Source: Pseudomonadota bacterium (GTDB taxonomy: Bacteria > Campylobacterota > Campylobacteria > Campylobacterales > Sulfurimonadaceae). Taken from it: DNA of 64,000 nucleotides. This document shows, in pieces, positions 56,671 to 64,000 of the stretch. The stretch is taken from positions 96,001-160,000 of the forward strand of contig JAZDQA010000012.1 of assembly GCA_043797085.1 (NCBI GenBank), written 5' to 3'. Numbering within the stretch: position 1 is the first letter of the stretch; every line of letters starts with the position of its first letter. Position numbers and translations under genes: made by a program. The notes under the pieces are model-generated. The model was not told where the DNA came from. It did not search any database and saw only the letters and a program-made list of their open reading frames with translations.

Positions 56671-58770
56671 ATGCACAGTAATTTAAAAGATCCAGCCCTT
56701 TATATCAACCGTGAACTTTCATGGCTTCATTTTAATACCCGTGTTTTAGGGCAAGCACAAGACGAATCCTTACCGTTACTTGAACGCTTGAAATTTCTTG
56801 CAATTTACGGAACCAATCTTGATGAATTTTACATGATTCGCGTTGCAGGACTCAAAAAGCTCTTTAGTGCGGGTGTCAACGTCTCCGGTGCCGATCGATT
56901 TACTCCTCTTCATCAGCTTCGTGAAATACGGACATATCTCCATACCGAGCAACAAGAGGTCGAGAAGTGCTTACTGGGAATAATGCAATCTCTTGAAAAA
57001 GAGGGGATTTTTTTCAAATCCTACAAAGAGGTAACGCAACAAGAGCAGCAGTATTTGGATCGTTATTTTCATGAAAATATCTATTCGGTTATTGTTCCTA
57101 TCGCCATCGATGCGACTCATCCGTTTCCTCATCTCAACAACCTCGGATTTGGGCAAATTGTCAAACTCAGAGACAAAGATGATACAGCAATCGAACGCTA
57201 TGGACTGATCCGTATACCACGAGTATTACCGCGTTTTGTGGACATCGACAACCGTATTTATGTCCCGATCGGAAGCGTTGTTGCCGAACACATCGATGAT
57301 CTTTTTCCCGGATATGAGCTCATCAAATTTTCGGCATTCCGTGTCACCCGTAATGCTGACATCGCCATCGAAGAGGAGGAAGCCGATGACTTTATGGAGA
57401 TGCTCGAAGAGGGGCTGAAGCTACGTAAAAAAGGGGAATTGGTTCGACTGGAACTGAGCAATCACGCCGATGATGACCTATTAAATTTCTTTAACCGTCA
57501 CGCCAATGTTTTCAAAGATGATATTTACCGTTTTCAAACCTATCTCAATCTCGGAGCACTCTGGCAAGTAGTTGGAAATAAAGATTTTGCCCATCTTACG
57601 AGCCCCAGTTTTAAACCTCGAAATCTCCCTCCTCTTAATTCGGATGAAAATCTTTACTCCATTTTGGACAAACAAGACTTGGTTATCTTTCACCCTTTTG
57701 AGAGTTTTGAACCTGTTGTTCGCCTAATCCAAACGGCAGCAAAAGATCCCGATGTTGTCTCCATTCGTATGACGCTTTATCGTTCAGGATCTAAATCCGT
57801 TATCGTCCAATCCCTCATTGCCGCAGCCGAATCGGGCAAACAAGTAACGGTTATGGTGGAGCTCAAAGCCCGTTTTGATGAAGAGAACAACCTCATTTGG
57901 GCAAAAGCACTTGAAAGTGCCGGAGCGCATGTTATTTATGGTATCTCAGGGTTTAAAGTTCACGCCAAAGCTGCCCTCATCACCCGTCGTGTTGGTGGAA
58001 AACTTAAACAATACGGTCACCTTGCTACAGGTAATTACAATCCTTCCACTGCTACTATCTATACCGATATTAGCTACATGACATCCAACGATGCTATCAC
58101 CAACGATATGACTCGCTTTTTTCACTTTCTCACGGGCTTTAGTAAAAAAGGGAAACTAAACGAGCTATATATGGCTCCAACACAGATTAAACCAAAAATT
58201 CTCTCTCTTATCCATAACGAAACCCGCATGGGAGGTGAAGGTGTTATCATCGCTAAGATGAACGCACTTGTCGATGACGATATTATTAAAGCTTTGTATA
58301 AAGCATCTCAAGCGGGTGTTAAAATCCAGCTTATTATTCGAGGAGTGTGCTGTTTGCGTCCTGGAGTTGAGGGAATCAGTGAAAACATTCGCGTTATCTC
58401 CATCATCGGAAAATATCTTGAGCATGCTCGGATTTTTTATTTTAAACACTCTGCTCCGCAAACGTACATTTCCAGTGCCGATTGGATGCCTCGTAACCTT
58501 TTGCGTCGTATCGAACTGCTTACTCCGATTGCAGGGGAAGAGGCTTCGGGTAAACTTCTTCAAATTTTACAATTGCAGATTTCAGATAATGCTTTGGCGC
58601 ATGAGCTTCAAAGTGATGGAACGTATACCAAAATTGCTCACGAAAGCAATAATGCCATCAACTCACACCAAATTGTTGAAAGCACAACCAATAAAGTATA
58701 TAATTCCGCCAAAAAACAATCTCCCAATTACATGCAGCAACTCACGTCACGCTTGTTTAGAGAAAGTTGA
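56671..58770 (+). CDS. ppk1: Polyphosphate kinase 1
   Basis: YINRELSWL, NLDEFYMIRVAG, HPFPH, ELKARFDE, KVHAK, TGNYN, SSADWMPRN. Confidence 0.96.
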   Translation: MHSNLKDPALYINRELSWLHFNTRVLGQAQDESLPLLERLKFLAIYGTNLDEFYMIRVAGLKKLFSAGVNVSGADRFTPLHQLREIRTYLHTEQQEVEKCLLGIMQSLEKEGIFFKSYKEVTQQEQQYLDRYFHENIYSVIVPIAIDATHPFPHLNNLGFGQIVKLRDKDDTAIERYGLIRIPRVLPRFVDIDNRIYVPIGSVVAEHIDDLFPGYELIKFSAFRVTRNADIAIEEEEADDFMEMLEEGLKLRKKGELVRLELSNHADDDLLNFFNRHANVFKDDIYRFQTYLNLGALWQVVGNKDFAHLTSPSFKPRNLPPLNSDENLYSILDKQDLVIFHPFESFEPVVRLIQTAAKDPDVVSIRMTLYRSGSKSVIVQSLIAAAESGKQVTVMVELKARFDEENNLIWAKALESAGAHVIYGISGFKVHAKAALITRRVGGKLKQYGHLATGNYNPSTATIYTDISYMTSNDAITNDMTRFFHFLTGFSKKGKLNELYMAPTQIKPKILSLIHNETRMGGEGVIIAKMNALVDDDIIKALYKASQAGVKIQLIIRGVCCLRPGVEGISENIRVISIIGKYLEHARIFYFKHSAPQTYISSADWMPRNLLRRIELLTPIAGEEASGKLLQILQLQISDNALAHELQSDGTYTKIAHESNNAINSHQIVESTTNKVYNSAKKQSPNYMQQLTSRLFRES

Positions 58771-58786
58771 CCCACAAGGAACGTCT

Positions 58787-59323
58787 ATGCTCGGAAATTA
58801 TCTCAACTATACGCCAACCCTCAAAGAACGGGTTTGGATTGCCCCCTCTGCCGATGTAATTGGTCGCGTTGAAATGGGTGAGGATGTAAGTATTTGGTTT
58901 GGATGTGTTGTACGCGGGGATGTCCATTTTATCAAAATCGGTGATCGCAGTAACATCCAAGATTTGAGCATGGTTCACGTCACCCACCACAAACGTGATG
59001 ATATGAGTGACGGGTATCCTACCATAATCGGCAACGATGTCACCGTCGGTCATCGTGTTATGCTCCACGGCTGTACGATCGAAGATGCGTGTTTAATCGG
59101 AATGAGTGCCACTATCCTCGATGGGGCTGTCATTGGCAAGGAATCCATCGTCGGTGCAGGTGCATTGGTCACTAAAAATAAAATCTTTCCTCCACGCTCA
59201 CTCATCATGGGAAGCCCTGCGAAAGTGGTGAGAGAACTCACCGATGAAGAAGTTGCTGAACTTTATGCCTCTGCACGCCGCTATGTGAGCTTTAAAGAAA
59301 ACTACCGCGCCCCGAATGTTTGA
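58787..59323 (+). CDS. Gamma carbonic anhydrase-family protein
   Basis: Hexapeptide repeats, VRGDV, NIQDLSMVH, VGHRVMLHGC; start at MLGNY. Confidence 0.92.
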   Translation: MLGNYLNYTPTLKERVWIAPSADVIGRVEMGEDVSIWFGCVVRGDVHFIKIGDRSNIQDLSMVHVTHHKRDDMSDGYPTIIGNDVTVGHRVMLHGCTIEDACLIGMSATILDGAVIGKESIVGAGALVTKNKIFPPRSLIMGSPAKVVRELTDEEVAELYASARRYVSFKENYRAPNV

Positions 59324-59939
59324 ATTTAATCTCGTTGTTGTCGCTGATATTCTCGGAATCATTGCATTTGCTTTAAGCGGATTTTTGATCGGGGTACGTC
59401 ATAAACTTGATTTATTGGGACTCATCATCTCGGCTTCCATCACAGCCCTTGGCGGTGGGGTAGTTCGTGATGTTATTTTGGATCGTACTCCGTTTGCGTT
59501 TAATGAATACTACCCTGCCATTACCGTCTTTGCCACCATTACGATTGCTTTTATGTTTCGTAATAATTTGCGTGAGGAGCTAGAACGCCAATGGCTTTTT
59601 GTCATCAGTGACACTATCGGTCTAGTAGCATTTAGTATCACTGGAGCACTGCTCGCGATTGACGCCCAGTTTAACTTTTTTGGGGTCATAATACTCAGCT
59701 TTTTAACGGCTGTCGGCGGAGGTGTATTGCGCGATACGATGATTAATCAAGTACCTTCCGTTCTCATCAGCGATTTTTACGGCTCCATAGCCCTTATCGT
59801 TGCGATCTTGCTCATCATTTCCAATGCTCTTTGGAATCTCAATACCGCAAGTGTCGCCATCATCGCCACCCTCGCGATTACACTGCGCCTTTTAGCCTAT
59901 ACCAAACAATGGCACTTGCCGAAACTGGAAATAAAATGA
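59316..59939 (+). CDS. Trimeric intracellular cation channel (UPF0126) family protein
   Basis: Two repeats, TALGGGVVRD and TAVGGGVLRD. Confidence 0.9.
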   Translation: MFEFNLVVVADILGIIAFALSGFLIGVRHKLDLLGLIISASITALGGGVVRDVILDRTPFAFNEYYPAITVFATITIAFMFRNNLREELERQWLFVISDTIGLVAFSITGALLAIDAQFNFFGVIILSFLTAVGGGVLRDTMINQVPSVLISDFYGSIALIVAILLIISNALWNLNTASVAIIATLAITLRLLAYTKQWHLPKLEIK

Positions 59940-60817
59940 ATAAATTTTGGAAAATAGTCCTCATTCTTTTCGTACTTGGAGCACTCGACATCGGGCGCTA
60001 TGCTGTTTATCCCAATATTGCCGCTCTAAAAAATGAGCGTCCCATACCGACTGCTTTTATGGAATATCGAGAAAACCAGTGGGCAGATGAAAATCGAGAT
60101 ATGCACCTCACCCACAAATGGGTCAGTATGGATAAAATCTCTCCCAACATTATCAAAGCAGTTCTTATTGGAGAAGATGACGGATTTTGGAAACACGACG
60201 GTTTTGACGTCAAAGGGATGGAAAACGCTATCGAGCGCAGTATCAAGAAAAAAACCTTAGCCGGCGGAAGCACCATCAGCCAACAACTCTCGAAAAATCT
60301 CTACCTCTCACCGAGTAAAAATCCTGTACGAAAAATCAAAGAGGCAATTCTCACATGGCGGATCGAAAAAACACTCTCCAAACGCCGTATTTTAGAGATT
60401 TATCTCAACGTCGCTGAGTGGGGTGATGGAATATTCGGTATCGAAGCAGCCTCTCGTCATTATTACCACAAAAGTGCCAAAAACCTCACAGCCAACGAAG
60501 CTTCAAGACTCGCTGCCGTCTTGCCAAATCCTATTAAATACAATCCGACAGGAAACCAAAAATACGTCAAAAACCGTGCTCGTATCATTCTAAAAACCAT
60601 GAAGCGCAGAGGTGTCATCCAATCCATTTATAAAGAGGTTATGACACCCGTAAAAGAAGAGGATCTACCCGCAACAACTGAAATGAATGCTTCTATAGAG
60701 TCATTATTTGATACGTCCACAAGTGATACACCCACAGAAAACAGCGAGTCTTCCGCAACTGAAAACCCCGTAGAATCCTCTGTCTTTATGCAGGATGAGG
60801 GGAATGTGACGCAGTAG
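59936..60817 (+). CDS. mtgA: Monofunctional peptidoglycan transglycosylase
   Basis: EDDGFWKHDG, GGSTISQQLSKNL, RKIKE, ILEIYLNVAEWG, LPNP; start at MNKFWK. Confidence 0.9.
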   Translation: MNKFWKIVLILFVLGALDIGRYAVYPNIAALKNERPIPTAFMEYRENQWADENRDMHLTHKWVSMDKISPNIIKAVLIGEDDGFWKHDGFDVKGMENAIERSIKKKTLAGGSTISQQLSKNLYLSPSKNPVRKIKEAILTWRIEKTLSKRRILEIYLNVAEWGDGIFGIEAASRHYYHKSAKNLTANEASRLAAVLPNPIKYNPTGNQKYVKNRARIILKTMKRRGVIQSIYKEVMTPVKEEDLPATTEMNASIESLFDTSTSDTPTENSESSATENPVESSVFMQDEGNVTQ

Positions 60818-60819
60818 TT

Positions 60820-62061
60820 TTACTTGCTTTTGATCCGTCCCAAAGTAGCAAGCGCTATCAATGAAGCCAAAATAAGCAAATAGGCAGGAGCATACGCGTT
60901 TGAACTGACTTTTACTAAAGAGGTCATCAATGCCGGAGTAATTCCACCAACAAGTCCTGCTGCACTGCCTAAAATCAAAGCGGTAAACGAGGCTCGGTAT
61001 CCGTGGTACTCAAGCGCATGAACGACGGCTGAAAAGATCGGTGCTTGATAAGCACACAGCAAAATCACCATTGCCATTACCGCACCAAGAGCACCGTAAT
61101 ATCCCCCATGCATCATCGCATACATCAACGGATAGATGGTAACAGCACTTACAAATGCTGCTGTTCTCATCACTCGAATCGAACCGAATTTATCCGCAAC
61201 CATCGCCATCAAAGGGATGAAAATCACCCCTAGGATAATGGAAATGGTATTGATATTTCCGGCTTGTGGTTTGGTCAATCCCGCACTTGCTTCAAGCCAA
61301 ATAGGAAGATAAATAAACAACGTGTAATAAAACATCCAAATCACAGAAGCAACGATGAGAAATTGTCCGAAAATCTTTTTGTGCTCTTTGAAAATTGCTA
61401 CCAACGGAATCGTTTTATCCTCATGCGCCTGATAGTTATCCGTGAGGTTTCTTCGTAAATACAACCCTGCTGCCGCAATGAAAATACTCAAGATAAACGG
61501 AATTCTCCATCCCCACTCACCCATTGAATCCTCACCCAAATACCAAAGCAATCCGCCACACAGTGCCGAACCCAGCGCCATCCCGATTTTTGCACCGACA
61601 GATACGAATGATCCGTAAAGATTTTGGCGATTGGGACTGGATTGTTCTACGAGATAGACGATGGAACTTGCGTATTCTCCTCCCACAGAGAGACCTTGAA
61701 TCATACGTAGTAATACCAGTAATATTGGTGCCATTATCCCTATTTGCGCGTATGTCGGTAAAAATCCGATCAGAAATGTCGGCAGTGCCATCAACATCAG
61801 CGATGCCATAAGAGCATAACGTCGCCCTACTCTATCCCCGATATGACCAAAAATAGCAGCCCCAACAGGGCGCATAATCATACCTGCCGCAAACGCTCCA
61901 AAAGAACCTAGCAAGGATAGAAAAGGGTCATCTGATGGGAAAAAGAGCTTCCCCATCATCACCGCTAAAAAACCGATAAGGGCAAAATCGTAATACTCGA
62001 TGACGTTGCCGATAATTCCTGCGGCGATAATACGTTTTTTAGACCCGATCAAACAATCCAC
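60820..62061 (-). CDS. MFS transporter (MHS/ProP family)
   Basis: GNVIEYYDF, MRPVG..FGHIGDRVGRR, QGLSVGGEY, WGWRIPF. Confidence 0.92.
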   Translation of the reverse strand: MDCLIGSKKRIIAAGIIGNVIEYYDFALIGFLAVMMGKLFFPSDDPFLSLLGSFGAFAAGMIMRPVGAAIFGHIGDRVGRRYALMASLMLMALPTFLIGFLPTYAQIGIMAPILLVLLRMIQGLSVGGEYASSIVYLVEQSSPNRQNLYGSFVSVGAKIGMALGSALCGGLLWYLGEDSMGEWGWRIPFILSIFIAAAGLYLRRNLTDNYQAHEDKTIPLVAIFKEHKKIFGQFLIVASVIWMFYYTLFIYLPIWLEASAGLTKPQAGNINTISIILGVIFIPLMAMVADKFGSIRVMRTAAFVSAVTIYPLMYAMMHGGYYGALGAVMAMVILLCAYQAPIFSAVVHALEYHGYRASFTALILGSAAGLVGGITPALMTSLVKVSSNAYAPAYLLILASLIALATLGRIKSK

Positions 62062-63068
62062 CCACCGCCGAGAAGCGTGTCCCCATCATAAAAGACACCC
62101 GCTTGACCGGAGGCAACACCCAGTACGGGTTCATGCAACTCTACCGTAGCATGATTGCCATCAATGACAACATAACATCGCACTGCAGTAGTTCGATAGC
62201 GAAGTTTCACATCGCATTCAAAACTGACGCGATCATCAAACATATTGACATTTTCCAGCACGACACGATGGCACTCTAATGCTTCACGAGGACCTACTAC
62301 GATTTGATTGGTATCGGGTCTGATTTCTACAACGAAATGAGGATCATGCGCACCGTGAACACTAAATCCTTTACGTTTTCCGATGGTATAGTGCATGTAG
62401 CCTTTATGCTTACCGACCACTTTACCCTCAAGATTTAGAACATCACCCTCAACATCCACATTGACATACGGCTTTAACACATCTGCATAGGTCGTTTCCA
62501 CAAAACAAATCTCACTGGATTCTCCTTGCGAAGCAAACGATTCTAATCCTGAAATACCGGCAGCATACGCTTTTATATCTGTTTTATGCTTTTCACCCAG
62601 AGGGAAAAGGAGACGGGGAACCAATGCGGGGTCGATGTAAAAAAGAAAATAGCTTTGATCTTTTGTATCGTCTTCTGCCATCTGGAGATATTGTCCGTTA
62701 TGGCGAATATAGTGTCCTGTTGCTATAAAATCTGCCCCCAAAGAATCCGCAAACTCTACCATTGCCCCAAATTTAATATTACGGTTACACAATGCACACG
62801 GATTAGGAGTTTTTCCCTCTTTATACGTTTCAATAAAAGGGGTAAAAACTTTTTCATTGAATTTTTCTTGCAAATCAAGGATATGAAGTTTTACCCCTGC
62901 AAAATCAGCGGCTTTTTGCGCGCGGGCTTGATGGATTTCATGATAGCCCGGTTTCGAATGGAGCTTCATATACACCCCTTCTACCTCGTAGCCTTGCTCT
63001 TTTAACAATAATGTCGAAACGGTAGAATCTACTCCTCCGCTCATCCCGATGACTACTTTTTGTCTCAT
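62049..63068 (-). CDS. mnmA: tRNA 2-thiouridine(34) synthase
   Basis: MSGGVDS, TPNPCALCN, ATGHY, KDQSYFL, ICF, YTIG. Confidence 0.95.
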   Translation of the reverse strand: MRQKVVIGMSGGVDSTVSTLLLKEQGYEVEGVYMKLHSKPGYHEIHQARAQKAADFAGVKLHILDLQEKFNEKVFTPFIETYKEGKTPNPCALCNRNIKFGAMVEFADSLGADFIATGHYIRHNGQYLQMAEDDTKDQSYFLFYIDPALVPRLLFPLGEKHKTDIKAYAAGISGLESFASQGESSEICFVETTYADVLKPYVNVDVEGDVLNLEGKVVGKHKGYMHYTIGKRKGFSVHGAHDPHFVVEIRPDTNQIVVGPREALECHRVVLENVNMFDDRVSFECDVKLRYRTTAVRCYVVIDGNHATVELHEPVLGVASGQAGVFYDGDTLLGGGWIV

Positions 63069-63853
63069 TAAATACTTCCTTCGTCCACATTGGATCGATC
63101 ATTCACATAAGCAGAAAGAGCCTGATAATATTTTGTATTGTCCAATCCCTCTTTTTCTAAATCCGCCATTTGTGCTTTCAATGATTTATCAATTTCTGTA
63201 AGCACGAAATCAAGATCATCACTGAGTGTAATAAAATCTATATCATCTTCGTCGATCATTCCCTCAGCCAAAACTTTTGTCCGTATAAATTCCATAAGCG
63301 GTGCATAAAATTCTGTCCCGATAACAAAAAGACGAACTCCCCATACTTTTCGTGTTTGAATTAACGTTAATGCTTCGAACATCTCATCAAGCGTTCCAAA
63401 ACCGCCGGGAAAAATGACGTATGCCATCGAGTATTTAACCAGCATCACTTTTCGTGAGAAAAAGTAGTCAAAGCTTCGCCCTTTCGTGATATATTGGTTT
63501 GGCTTCTGCTCTGAGGGAAGTTCGACGTTTAATCCTATGGATTCTACTGCTTCATGTTTAAATGCACCTCGATTGGCAGCTTCCATAACTCCTGGACCGC
63601 CGCCTGTGATGACATTATAACCTTTAGCTCCAAGCATATCGGAGAGTTGCATCGCTTGTTGATAATACGGATGATTTTCATTCACGCGTGCACTTCCAAA
63701 AATGGTTACGGATGGACCTAAATCTCCTAATTCATCAAACCCTTGAACGAAATCGGAAATAATTTTAAAAATGCTCCACGACCCAGCAGACTTAATATCT
63801 TTGACATAGCGGCTGCTGGGATACTCTTTTTTTTTCCTTCGACCATTGGACAT
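63068..63853 (-). CDS. LOG-family (TIGR00730) nucleotide phosphoribohydrolase
   Basis: TIFGSAR, ITGGGPGVMEAAN, RKVML, FPGGFGTLDE. Confidence 0.92.
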   Translation of the reverse strand: MSNGRRKKKEYPSSRYVKDIKSAGSWSIFKIISDFVQGFDELGDLGPSVTIFGSARVNENHPYYQQAMQLSDMLGAKGYNVITGGGPGVMEAANRGAFKHEAVESIGLNVELPSEQKPNQYITKGRSFDYFFSRKVMLVKYSMAYVIFPGGFGTLDEMFEALTLIQTRKVWGVRLFVIGTEFYAPLMEFIRTKVLAEGMIDEDDIDFITLSDDLDFVLTEIDKSLKAQMADLEKEGLDNTKYYQALSAYVNDRSNVDEGSI

Positions 63854-63856
63854 TTG

Positions 63857-64000
63857 TTACCCTTTTAGCTTCGTCAAACGATCGCGCTTTGTCCCAATTG
63901 AGGTAATTTGTACTCCAAAGTTACCATCAACAATAACGACTTCACCTTGAGCGATTACATGGTCATCGACTAAAATATCGAGTGGATCATTTGCCAATTG
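63857..64000 (-). CDS. fliY: Flagellar motor switch protein FliY/FliN, C-terminal fragment
   Basis: Minus strand QLANDPLDILVDDHVIAQGEVVIVDGNFGVQITSIGTKRDRLTKLKG*; SpoA domain. Confidence 0.85.
   Translation of the reverse strand, partial: QLANDPLDILVDDHVIAQGEVVIVDGNFGVQITSIGTKRDRLTKLKG

Noticed and set aside
58268..58786. 351-aa ORF extending the gamma-CA gene upstream
   Set aside because: The extension overlaps ppk1 in another frame; the real start is the ATG at 58787 after SD AAGGA
63827..63835. 9-nt homopolymer in the LOG gene as a phase-variation tract
   Set aside because: A/T run encoding Lys residues, gene in frame; such runs are common in this AT-rich DNA
1..64000. CRISPR array, tRNA/rRNA, SRP RNA near ffh, IS elements, prophage
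   Set aside because: No regularly spaced repeats, cloverleaf, transposase or phage genes were seen in any intergenic gap by eye; an Infernal/tRNAscan run would be needed to exclude small RNAs fully

Overview
This 64-kb window is chromosomal DNA from a free-living Campylobacterota (Epsilonproteobacteria) organism. It looks Sulfuricurvum/Sulfurimonas-like, an inference from gene order (truB-csrA-ispE-smpB; ffh-rpsP-khpA-rimM-trmD-rplS; yajC-secD-secF-leuS-lptE-folC-mfd; nif3-zinc ribbon-waaA; fliY) and TATAAT-dominated promoters. Most of it is housekeeping. Two parts are accessory. (1) A heavy-metal RND efflux operon (PepSY-czcCBA-DUF3240 plus a two-component system) runs divergently from feoA across a Fur-box-like palindrome. 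(2) A ~7.6-kb patch between dnaX and a DNA glycosylase gene (14612-22226) holds an ADP-ribosylglycohydrolase paired with a stand-alone OvoA-type methyltransferase, a cold-shock gene with an anti-Shine-Dalgarno leader, two ywbE copies bracketing an ApbE/DUF3570/DUF4266/TlpA flavinylation cassette and a degenerate TatD-like gene, and a low-GC HEPN-motif gene. Intergenic DNA contains a two-copy three-hairpin element with compensatory changes (41278 and 51730), a REP-like palindrome, and several apparently leaderless promoters. I saw no rRNA, tRNA, CRISPR array, transposase or prophage. All product calls come from motif recognition by eye; no database searches were run.
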